DNA of 64,000 nucleotides from Macrostomum lignano (Eukaryota): NCBI GenBank assembly GCA_002269645.1, contig NIVC01000237.1, positions 1 to 64,000 of the forward strand, read 5' to 3'. Shown piece by piece: positions 25,305 to 44,385 of this stretch (position 1 is its first letter; each line of letters starts with the position of its first letter). The notes under the pieces were generated by a model. It saw only the letters and a program-made list of their open reading frames with translations, ran no database searches and was not told where the DNA came from. The position numbers and the translations under genes were made by a program.

Positions 25305-25369
25305 CGGAACAATTGGCGCGGGTTTCCCCGCGACGCCACCCGCACGGGAAGGGTGATCCGTTGGTAGGC
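25305..25369 (-). ncRNA. Putative HDV-like self-cleaving ribozyme at the LINE 5' end (degenerate)
   Basis: Order on the - strand: P1 GCCTACC, J1/2 AA, P2 CGGATCA, P3 CCC, L3 TTCCCGT, P3' GCG, P1' GGTGGC, GT, P4 CGCGGG-GAAA-CCCGCG, J4/2 CCAAT, P2' TGTTCCG; one mismatch or gap each in P1, P2 and P3. Confidence 0.6.
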
Positions 25370-27618
25370 CTTTGCTTCGCTGTTGCTGCTGCTAGCTGTG
25401 ATGCTGCTGTTGTGGCATCTGCTGCCGGCTGCTTTTGCTGATGCGGCAGCAGCAGCTCTCACCCGCTTTATATACCCCGCGAGAGGGAAGGTGGGGTAAG
25501 GGGCACGAGAAGTGTGCGTGATTTTCTTTCCCAGGTCTATATTTATATATCTATATTAAATCTAGGGAGTATTTTCTAGATTGGTGTACGATTGTACACT
25601 CGGTTCCGCATTTGGTGAAGAAAGTTGGGGGTCGAAAATACCCTTTCTCATGCGGTATTTTATTGGATCTGAGTGGAGCCACTCAACCAGCATTCTCGCA
25701 GGAGGGAAAATTGCTGCTCCGTCAGAGTACAGTCTCTTGAATAAGAAGACAGCTTCCTTTTGCAGCATTTCTTTTCGACTTAAATCTGATAGAAAACGGT
25801 GTTTATTCAAAAGACAATACCTTGGCGGACCATGATAGCTAAATGGAGATGAAAAATATAAAAGAGACTTTCTGTAGTTATTCAAGGCCTGTCGGTCTCT
25901 GTTTGCGAGAATGGTTGTCCAAAATTGCGTATCAATTTAATAACCTGGGAGAAATGGGACTTGTGTGCAAAGCATCTGATTGACAGAGGCTCGGGGAAGA
26001 GTAATAGTCGATGAAAAGCTCTTGCCGTCTTCTAAAATATCCATCAAAGAGTAATATAGGTGACGGAGATCCCCTGTCGCAAGCCAAATCAGAGAGACGG
26101 AGTTTTCTACTTCTGTTTACGTAATGTTTGGGGATGCTTTCCTGTCACCTGGGGTTATAGGGACAGAGAGTCAGTTATGGTATTTAAGCGGTGGTAAAGA
26201 ATTACCATGGTGAGGCTGGGGTAGGTGTTGTCCTCTCCATATTGGCGAAGATTAATAGTCCTGGCTTTTGAATATGGCTAGAATGTATAGTGGGGAATCG
26301 TTGAATTGAAGGGTGACTCAAATGCAAAGTATGCAACAACACCGATTCAGTGCATCTAAAAGAGGCTGTTAGGAGCTTCAGAACTGAGAATAACGTTTAA
26401 AATATCATCAATGGCATGATTTAGTAATCGAAATCGATTGAAATGCTGAAATCTTTAAGTTTAATAGCAGACTGTGTTTTTAGCCCCAATTTTTAGTGTC
26501 TAGCTTCTTGGGGGCAATAAACATGCCTATTTGAATGATGAAACAGCATTTGTGATGATTTATTAGCTAAAATTATGATTTCTATTGATAAATGACGGAT
26601 TTCGATTCATAAAGTAAGCATTTTATAACGTTAAAACGGAAAAATGAGGAAAACTTTTTTTATGAAAAAATGGCCTTTCTAATAATTTAGTATCAATACA
26701 CCATTTCTTGGGCTGGGCTGGCTGGTGGACTTCCGTGTGGGATTTATTCCTGCTTCGAAGCCGTCTCAAGTAAAGTTGAAACGGCATTTGGACAAATTAG
26801 CTGTTAAAATTATGGTTTCCAGTGATGAATTTACTGATTTTGATCAACAGAGTTTAACTTTTAATGGTAAAATTTAAAAAACTGTGGAAAACTCTAGGAA
26901 ATTTTCGTCTACTCCAAGAGAGAGAGAGAGAGAATGTACAGTACATTAACTGGCTGCTGTTGTATAGAGGGTTTCAAATACAGCTGGGGACTGTCGTGTA
27001 GATTGGGGATTAATGTACATACATAGAAGTAGACACTGTACATATAGAAATTGTCCTAGAAGTAGATATGGGTTTAAAATGCAAGTACAGTATGCAGTGT
27101 ACATATACAGGTACATTGGGGAAATTAGATAGGGATTAATGTACATGTAGACATAGAAGTAGACAATGTACATATAGGATTGCGAATAGATGGGGGTTAC
27201 TGTGCATATGCAGTACATATAGAAGTATGCTATGTGTACATATATCACGTTTTCATATATATCACGCTACATATATCAGCGTTTTCATATACTACTTACT
27301 TCATTTTCAGATAGTAGTATAGTTTGCGTTTTTGCGTCAAATCTGCCTAAAAATTGACCACTTTACACGCGTTAAGTAGTTACACAGCACTCCTCATGGT
27401 TTTTTCGCTCAGAAGCAGACTGAGCACTCGTTAGCGGTCTAACAGTGCGAGCCGCCATAGACATGGTCGCTCTGTAATGCTTTTCCTTTCTAGAGTAATT
27501 TGACACCCCCATTGCTTAGCAATTTGACGATCATTATTCACATTTTTAATGCAGAACAATCCATTACTACAAACAATGCATTGTCTGTAGGATCGTCAAA
27601 CAGTAAAACAATGCAAAG

Positions 27619-27764
27619 AATCAGTGGTCGCAGTGCGTGACAACGATTGTCTGGCATATGCATATGCAGTATAGAGTAGGCGGCCGGTAGGCGCTGCCGG
27701 CCGGTAGCCGGCAGCCGGTAGGCGCTCGCCAGACAATCGTTGTCACGCACTGCGACCGCTGATT
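27619..27764. mobile_element. Small hairpin/MITE-like element
   Basis: ~36-bp inverted arms ATCAGTGGTCGCAGTGCGTGACAACGATTGTCTGGC around a GC-rich loop; no TSD resolved. Confidence 0.55.
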
Positions 27765-28074
27765 ATTTATCCATTGTTCGCTGATTTGTATCCATCCCAC
27801 TCACAGTGCGTATATATCTACTACTGCCGTCGTCGCTTTTCACGAACCAGATTTCTTCTCTGGTACTCCATGCAGTCGGCATTTACGATCGCAAGAAATT
27901 GCTGAGCTGGTCTCACGCGCTACCAGCATGTCGCGGATATCCCGCTGGAGCGACTCCGCACCGCAGCGAAACCCCCCCCTCAAAGCAGCGACCCTTTTCA
28001 TAGCAGCTCCCAGCAAAGCAAATGGCTGTTACAGTGTCTTCACAATGCACCCGAGAGCTTAGAGAAAACTGAGG

Positions 28075-28260
28075 TTATTGATCAAGCCAGCTCAGCCCCG
28101 TGTTGCTTCGGCATACTCAGCAATATGATTATGCAGTTATTGATCAAGCCAGCTCAGCCCCGTGTTGCTTCGGCATACTCAGCAATATGATTATGCAGTT
28201 ATTGATCAAGCCAGCTCAGCCCCGTGTTGCTTCGGCATACTCAGCAATATGATTATGCAG
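28075..28260 (+). repeat. Tandem triplication of a 62-bp segment upstream of peptide copy D
   Basis: Three exact units starting at 28075, 28137 and 28199; single copy in arms A-C. Confidence 0.95.
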
Positions 28261-28546
28261 TGGTGGCCAGTAGAGTCGCCACCATCGATTCAAAGGCGAG
28301 CGGCGCCACCCGCCACCCCACGATCTGCGCTCCACCGCAGCAGCAAAGTGAGTTGAATTCCCTCATGGTTTGCTTGCAGCTGGCTCAGGTGGAACACTGG
28401 CGTGAACTGAGCCCTGCAGGGGTAGCTCTCCCTGTCCCTTATGTGTATATAATTGTTGTTAAATATTTGCAACTCGGCAAATTACTTTCTGCTCAAGCTA
28501 TACTCCACACTTAGCAAGCCAAAGAAACTCAAACCCAAAAGCAGTC

Positions 28547-28788
28547 ATGCTGAACTACAAGCAAGTGCAAGCCTTTGTGGCCGCGATGCTCGTCCTGGCT
28601 ATGACAGGTAAGAGAGACATCGATCAGTAGTTTAGTGAGAATTTGGTAACTCATCGATTTGTCACTCATTATGGACTCTGAAAACATTTGCGTCCTTTTC
28701 AGCTGCCGCCATCGAGGTGCCGGCCGACGAAGCCGGAGATGAGGCCGACTACGCTAGGCGCAGATGGCGCAGGTGCAGCGTCCTGTAA
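28547..28788 (+). CDS. Small secreted prepropeptide, copy D, Trp variant (..ARRRWRRCSVL; exons 28547-28607 and 28703-28788)
   Basis: Identical to copy B including the intron, except TAC>TGG at codon 42. Confidence 0.75.
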
Positions 28789-30599
28789 GCCGGAGGCGCC
28801 AATCAGCCCAGCGATGTGCAGGCCAGTGAGGCCCGGCTCACTGACAGCTCTGACAGATCTTAATCGCTGCGGCAAAGCTTATTCTCGCTTTACTCTCTGG
28901 GTTGCAGGGAATGGTGAAGGCGCTGCTTGCTCTGTACATGCGGATTGTGGCTGCTGGCTTGGTGGGGAAATAAACTGAAGAAGCAGACAACTCAGGCACT
29001 CGATGCCTGATTCGGGAGTTCCGCTACCATCTTTTGGCAAATTAGTTTGTTATGGGTTGTCAGTTCTATCCTGATCGAGAGTGCAAGTACGAAATGATCC
29101 GGAAGCTTGGCGAGTGCAGTGAAAGTTTTTATCAAAATTCACATCACATTGAACATCCACATTTGTTTGGAGATTGTGCAGAGAAAAGTTCGGCAAGGAC
29201 ATCTGCGGCTGAGCACTGATCTTCGGATCTGCTTAACCCGCATTTTTAGTGGCTAATTGTGCACTCAGTAGCGAATGGCTTTGTGGGCAACTCCGTATGA
29301 TTGTAACACAACACCTCAAACAGTGTCACAACATCACTGATAGGCGTGTAAAACTCAACGGGAGCTAAACAGTGTCTTCACTTCCATGAAAATTCCCTGA
29401 CTGTTAGATTATCATTGTATAATGCTGTGGTATTAGATAGCAGCCTCGTAAGTTAAGCCATGCATCGAATGATCAAATATTTTAAATTGTTTAGCACGCT
29501 AGCTACTCACAGCAGTAGGCAGTAGCATTTTCGGCGTTGCGTTTAATATATTTTGTAGTATATTGAATTTTTTTTTCAGCACAGCGTTATGAATTCTCGT
29601 TCGCAGTTATGAAACTTTTGTCGAGACATGCATCTGATTGCTCATATTACGAGCCCACATGCTCAGCGTGCATTGATTTTTTTACTTGACTGCGGAGATT
29701 AATTCAACTGAAAATGAGAACGTGTTGACAGAAACAAATATGTTTAACTTTAATTCGATCATGAGATCACTTGTAAAAATAATATCAAATTACATCATGC
29801 AGGTGCACGATTACGGTTGTCTATAAAATTGAGTTTTTCTGGAAGAGTTGCTGCTCCAGGTTTTGGCTGTTCTTTGACAATGATGCTCTGCAGGCAATCT
29901 ATACAATATTCTTGCTGTCGATCATATATACATGCATTTAAATAATTGGCAAAATGCTTCTTCATTTACGAAGCGTGAAAAAGTTAAAAGAGCTATATCT
30001 ATAGCTATTGCCGTTGTGCTTACGTGTAAAAAGAACATACTCTGCGCAAAAAAAAGACAGTCGAGATGGGCTCAAAAGCAAATAAGCAAGGGGGTTCCAT
30101 AATAGTACATGTAAGAAACTCTCGGTGGCTGCGTCGGAGTTCGGTTGCACCAAATAAGGTTCCTTAACGTCATTGCGACCGTCATGGCCTGAGTTAAGCA
30201 CGGGTGAGTCGGGAGGAGTTCTTACTCCAGGTTCTAATTGCGGTCTCCTTGGCAATGCAAGCCCTGTTGCGGAGCAGATCAATGTACCGGGGTACAGGGT
30301 CGCTGCTGTGGAGGTCGCTGCGTTTTGGAGAAGTCGCTGCCTTGCTGGGGGGGGGGGGGTGTTGGTTCGTTCCGGTGCAGAGTTCGGGGTGGGGTGGTTT
30401 GTTGCCGAGCGGGTCCGCGGCCGTGGAATATCCGCGATATGCTGGTAGCGCGTGAAACCAGCTAATCTACTCCTTGCGAACTTTATTCCTATTCAGTGGG
30501 AGCAAAATGGCTAATATTTTTATCTGGGTAAAGCAAATTAAAAAGCTGCGTAGGGACTGCGCCTGCCGCTCCGGATTCTCTCGATAGAACTCCCTGGCG

Positions 30600-31072
30600 G
30601 AGGGTTTCACAAACTCGAAAATTTCACAACGTTGAAAGCACCTTCTTTCACAAGATCGAAATTTCACAAGGTCGAAATTTCATAACATCGAAAACTCAAA
30701 TAGCATGAGTTTTGTGTGAAATTGTGTGACGTGAAATTGTGCGACGTCGTGTGAAATTTCACAACATAGAAAACTTTAACAAGGGACTTCATAAGGTTGA
30801 AATTTTACAACGTAGAAAACTACTGTATGGTTCTTGTTATATTAAATTTTCGACGTTGTGAAATTTCGAGCTTATGAATTTTCGACCTTGTGAAAGTGGC
30901 TGCTATTTGAGTTTTCGTTGTTGTGAAATTTTGACCTTGTGAAATTTTGACCTTATGAATTCTCTTACTAGAGTTTTCGATGTTGTGAAATTTCGACCTA
31001 GTGAAGTTTCGACCTTGTGAAATAATTTACTTTTCGACGTTGTGAAATTTCGACCTTGTGAAAGCACCCCTC
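30600..31072. mobile_element. Foldback element built of inverted GTTGTGAAATTTCGACC subrepeats
   Basis: TTTCACAA repeats on the left, TTGTGAAA repeats on the right; GAGGG termini; flanking TGGCG duplication; interrupts a dispersed repeat whose uninterrupted form is near 15016. Confidence 0.6.
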
Positions 31073-31747
31073 TGGCGGGCTGCCTCTTGCAGGACACGCT
31101 CGACCGCAGCCCCCCTCACCGGTCGCTAAAGAATGCCCAGTTAAAAAGCTGTAAAGCAGGCAGTCAACTTGAATCGGTCTCTTGGCCCAGCATTGAGATG
31201 AATGTTGGAAAACACAGAACCGTCTGTAAATGTGAGGCTTGTGTCTCCGACTGCCCCCACCGACAGGTTTGTATGTCCAAGCAACAAAAACCAGAAACTC
31301 CGTAAGACGAGAAGATCAGGGACAGCTTAAGCAGGCCGCTACACTTGAAATTTTGCTATTGTCGCTGCATGGCGGTTTTGCCTTCTGCAAAAGATGCATT
31401 GTCGAGTTGGAAGTTTGCCATCTTTTAGCACTCAATTGCCAATATCTGCTTTTGCTGTCCAGGAACATCTCATCAGCTGCATGCGACTTCGACAAAATGT
31501 TTAGTAATGTGCTTTTAGTTTCAGTAAATTAACTCAGCAATAAGGATAATATGACCCCAGAGAGAAGTTGGGACTTTTTAAGCAGCCAAGAATGCCTATA
31601 CGGCCTGTATCATGTCTAAACTATGCTAATGTGTTTACTGTTGTCATAAATTCATTAACATGTAAATTAAAGGTTCGTTTCTGATTACTAATACAGCAGT
31701 AGTATAAATCGAATTTTCTCACACGAACTAGAAACTCACAGTAACGG

Positions 31748-32100
31748 AGCTACAGAGCCAGCTACAGAGAGCGCCAGCAACAGAGGGGACACCAGCTACA
31801 GAGGGGAAACCAACTACAGAGGGGGGCGCCAACTACAGAGGGGGCGCCAACTACAGAGGGGGCGCCAACTACAGAGGGGGCGCCAACTACAGAGGGGGCG
31901 CCAACTACAGAGGGGGCGCCAACTACAGAGGGGACACCAACTACAGAGGGGACACCAACTACAGAGGGGACACCAACTACAGAGGGGACACCAGCAACAG
32001 AGGGGGCACCAGCAGCAGAGGGGGCGCCAGATACAGAGGGGCGCCAGATACAGGGGGCGCCAGATACAGGGCGCGCCAGCTACAGAGGTGGCGCCAGATG
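31748..32100. repeat. 18-bp minisatellite (AACTACAGAGGGGGCGCC)n
   Basis: About 18 units. Confidence 0.9.
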
Positions 32101-32419
32101 CAGAACGCACCATCATCACAATTTCGCATCATCAGGCAGGTGTACAAGTTCTCCGTGTGAGTCGCCCTAATCGAGTCACCAATGAGTCAGCAGACTTGAT
32201 TGAGACTGTGAGTGTTTGATCGCCCTCTATCAGGCACTGCTCATCATCTCCCATTGGCTTCTATTTGTAGATGGGATGATGAAAACTGCTGCAGTTGTGA
32301 GACTTCAAGTGGCCCGGCTCACATAGAGCGCACAGATGCCTATAAAAGCCTTCGCCAACCGGATGCAACTGTTTCGCTGAGCAGCTGGTGGAGCTCCTCG
32401 CCCAACTCAATCCACAGCC

Positions 32420-40847
<8,428 letters not shown>

Positions 40848-41034
40848 TCTCCGGCTCACCTGAGCTCGAGAACTTCAAGGACCTCTTAATTAGAAACAGG
40901 GGTGTTTTTTAAAATGATGAGAAAGTTTTTGTTTCTTATAAACAACTTTTAAGAATTACTAGACAACAAGGCGCTAAAAAATATTTTCAAAAAGCTTTGC
41001 AAAAAATTTATGAAGCTATAAGACGGGCAAGTCA

Positions 41035-42030
41035 AGCCCTGTCTCTTGATGGGGGGTGCCAGTCTCTTGATGGGGGGCCCTGTCTCTTGATGGGGGGTGC
41101 CAGTCTCTTGATGGGGGGCCCTGTCTCTTGATGGGGGGTGCCAGTCTCTTGGTGGGGGGCCCTGTCTCGTGTTGGGGGCCCTGTCTATTGTTGGGGGTGC
41201 CAGTCTCTTGGTGGGGGTGCCAGTCTCTTGGTGGGGGGCCCTGTCTCTTGATGGGGGGTGCCAGTCTCTTGGTGGGGGCCCTGTCTATTGTTGGGGGGTG
41301 CCAGTCTCTTGGTGGGGGTGCCAGTCTCTTGGTGGGGGCCCTGTCTCTTGTTGGGGGGTGCCAGTCTCTTGGTGGGGTGCCAGTCTCTTGGTGGGGGGCC
41401 GTGTCTCTTGTTGGGGGTGCCAGTCTCTTGGTGGGGGCCCTGTCTCTTGTTGGGGGGTGCCAGTCTCTTGGTGGGGGGGGCCTGTCTCTTGGTGGGGGGT
41501 GCCAGTCTCTTGGTGGGGGGCCCTGTCTCTTGTTGGGGGGTGCCAGTCTCTTGGTGAGGGGGGCCTGTCTCTTGGTGGGGGTGCCAGTCTCTTGGTGGGG
41601 GGCCCTGTCTCTTGTTGGGGGGTGCCAGTCTCTTGGTGGGGGGGGCCTGTCTCTTGGTGGGGGTGCCAGTCTCTTGGTGGGGGCCCTGTCTCGTGTTGGG
41701 GGTGCCAGTCTCTTGGTGGGGGGCCCTGTCTCGTGTGGGGGTGCCAGTCTCTTGGTGGGGGTGCCAGTCTCTTGGTGGGGGCCCTGTCTCTTGTTGGGGG
41801 GTGCCAGTCTCTTGGTGGGGGGGGCCTGTCTCTTGTTGGGGGTTGCCAGTCTCTTGGTGGGGGTGCCAGTCTCTTGGTGGGGGGGGCCTGTCTCTTGTTT
41901 GGGGGTGCCAGTCTCTTGGTGGGGGGCCCTGTCTCTTGTTGGGGGCCCTGTCTCTTGTTGGGGGCCCTGTCTCTTGGTGGCCACCCCTGTCTCTTGATGG
42001 GGGTCCCTGTCTCTTGGTGGGCACCCCTGT
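41035..42030. repeat. G-run-rich dimeric minisatellite (CTGTCTCTTGGTGGGGGGTGCCAGTCTCTTGGTGGGGGCC-type)
   Basis: ~20-bp subunits with variable G5-G8 runs. Confidence 0.95.
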
Positions 42031-42524
42031 CTTTTGGGCCCGTGTATGTCAAGTCCAAGAGGTGACAAATGCTGATCACCTGTCGAGATTACGAGTTACC
42101 TCTTTGTTAGTCATTGGTAGAAGCGAAATTCGTGGTGTTTGGGGGGTGGGGGTTGGCCCTCTTAAATTTATGGGGGAGCATGAGCATTCGATAAAGTAGC
42201 AGGGAAACTCCAAATTTAATTAATCTATTTTTCACACATTAAATGAAAAAAAATATTTTAACCATTTGAAACTTACAAAATTCGTCAAAGACATCACTGA
42301 CCTGCAAGTCTGTCTTTAATCTTCAATTGAATAATTTAACTGCTCTTTGTTTGTTTAGCAAAGCTCGCTCTAGTATTTAGCAATATCACACAGGTGCCAG
42401 CATTGGTTACCCGCTGTCTCCCTAACTAATTCTAATTCAATAAAATTGATCAATCATGACATGCAAAGCTCACCATCTGCGTCTCGGAGACTTTTTGTAC
42501 TTACATGGGACAGACAAAGCTAAC

Positions 42525-44313
42525 CTGACTGCCCGTCTGTCTACCTGCCTGTCTGCCTGCCTGCCTGTCTGCCTGCCTGTCTGTCTGCCTGTCTGCCTAC
42601 CTGCCTGTCTGCCTGCCTGTCTGCCTACCTGCCTGTCTGCCTGCCTGTCTGTCTGCCTGTCTGTCTGTCTGTCTGTCTACCTGCCTGCCTGCCTGTCTGT
42701 CTGTCTGTCTGCCTGTCTGCTTGTCTGTCTGCTTGCCTGTCTGCCTGCCTGTCTGTCTGTCTGCCTGTCTGCCTGCCTGTCTGCTTGTCTGCCTGCCTGT
42801 CTGCCTGCCTGTCTGCCTGCCTGTCTGTCTGTCTGCCTGTCTGCCTGCCTGTCTGTCTGCCTGCCTGTCTACCTTCCTGTCTGCTTGTCTGTCTGCCTGC
42901 CTGCCTGCCTGCCTGTCTGTCTGTCTGTCTGCTTGTCTGCTTGTCTGTCTGCTTGTCTGTCTGTCTGCCTACCTGCCTGTCTGTCTACCTGCCTGCCTGC
43001 CTGTCTACCTGCCTGTCTGCCTGTCTACCTGTCTGTCTGCCTGTCTACCTGTCTGTCTGGCTGCCTGTCTACCTGCCTGTCTGCCTGCCTGTCTGCCTGT
43101 CTGCCTGCCTGTCTGTCTGCCTGCCTGTCTACCTGCCTGTCTGCCTGCCTGTCTGCCTGCCTGTCTGCCTGCCTGTCTGCTTGTCTGTCTGTCTGCTTGT
43201 CTGTCTGTCTGTCTGCCTGCCTGTCTGTCTACCTGTCTGTCTGCCTGCCTGTCTACCTGCCTGTCTACCTGCCTGTCTGCCTGCCTGTCTGCCTGCCTGT
43301 CTGCCTGTCTGCCTGCCTGTCTGTCTACCTGCCTGTCTGCCTGCCTGTCTGCCTACCTGCCTGTCTGCCTGCCTGTCTGTCTACCTGCCTGTCTGTCTGC
43401 CTGCCTGTCTGCCTGCTTGTCTGTCTACCTGCATGTCTGTCTGCCTGCCTGTCTACCTGCCTGCCTGTCTTTCTGTGCCTGTCTGTCTGTCTGTCTACCT
43501 GCCTGCCTGCCTGCCTGCCTGTCTGTCTGTGTCTGTCCGTCTGTGTCTGTCTGTCTGTGTCTGTCTGTCTGTGTCTGTCTGTCTGTGTCTGTCTGTCTGT
43601 GTCTGTCTGTCTGTCTGTCTGTCTGTCTACCTGCCTGCCTGCCTGCCTGTCTGTCTGTCTGTCTGTCTGTCTGTCTGCCTGCCTGTCTGCCTGTCTGCCT
43701 GCCTGTCTGCCTGCCTGTCTGCTTGTCTGTCTGTCTGTCTACCTGCCTGCCTGCCTGCCTGTCTGCCTGTCTGTCTGTCTGTCTGTCTGTCTACCTGCCT
43801 GCCTGCCTGTCTGTCTGTCTGTCTGCCTGTCTGCCTGCCTGTCTACCTGCCTGTCTGCCTGCCTGTCTGTCTGTCTGTCTGTCTACCTGCCTGTCTGTCT
43901 ACCTGCCTGCCTGTCTGTCTACCTGTCTGCCTGTCTGCTTGTCTGTCTGTCTGCTTGTCTGTCTGTCTGTCTGCCTGCCTGTCTGTCTGCCTGCCTGTCT
44001 GTCTACCTGTCTGTCTGCCTGCCTGTCTACCTGCCTGTCTACCTGCCTGTCTACCTGCCTGTCTGCCTGCCTGTCTGTCTGCCTGCCTGTCTGCCTGCTT
44101 GTCTGTCTACCTGCATGTCTGTCTGCCTGCCTGTCTACCTGCCTGCCTGTCTGTCTGTGCCTGTCTGTCTGTCTGTCTACCTGCCTGCCTGCCTGCCTGC
44201 CTGTCTGTCTGTCTGTCTGTGTCTGTCCGTCTGTGTCTGTCTGTCTGTGTCTGTCTGTCTGTGTCTGTCTGTCTGTCTGTCTGTCTGTCTACCTGCCTGC
44301 CTGCCTGCCTGCC

Positions 44314-44383
<70 letters not shown>

Positions 44384-44385
44384 CT
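42525..44385. repeat. Complex (TCTG/CCTG)n microsatellite, ~1.9 kb
   Basis: Direct observation; explains the CLSV/CLPA ORFs. Confidence 0.97.

Larger units (their letters stand above)
21275..25369 (-). mobile_element. Ingi/Vingi-like non-LTR retrotransposon (2A-PHD-APE-RT), 3' truncated, pseudogenised
   Basis: LLLAGDIEANPGP; PHD C-x2-C...C-x2-C...H-x2-C; APE MLQETFL; RT DFAKA*DRIW, GLPQGSVLAPLLW, FADD, FLGFKFD; HFGADRTTLRTAYTAYIRSILDYGS; the sequence breaks off shortly after PPW, before an RNase H would be expected. Confidence 0.88.
16056..27381. mobile_element. Polinton/Maverick-like DNA element relic bounded by ~450-bp TIRs
   Basis: TIRs ~16056-16510 and ~26900-27381 (AACTACTTAACGCGTG...CACGCGTTAAGTAGTT), visibly diverged; flanking direct repeat ACAC (or TACAC); encloses a pPolB pseudogene; the flanks join as collinear parts of the peptide-gene upstream repeat. 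Confidence 0.7.

Noticed and set aside
25562-26400. 107-aa ORF and upstream broken frames inside the TIR element as a possible Polinton accessory gene
   Set aside because: Stops in all frames upstream and no motif I can recognise; it needs an HMM search.
31200-31530. Possible hAT transposase C-terminal remnant on the - strand
   Set aside because: Only a vague W...W pattern; the conserved S..ER.FS motif is not found.
41016-42199. Pro/Arg-rich and Gly-rich ORFs on both strands
   Set aside because: Minisatellite with frame-breaking variable G-runs.
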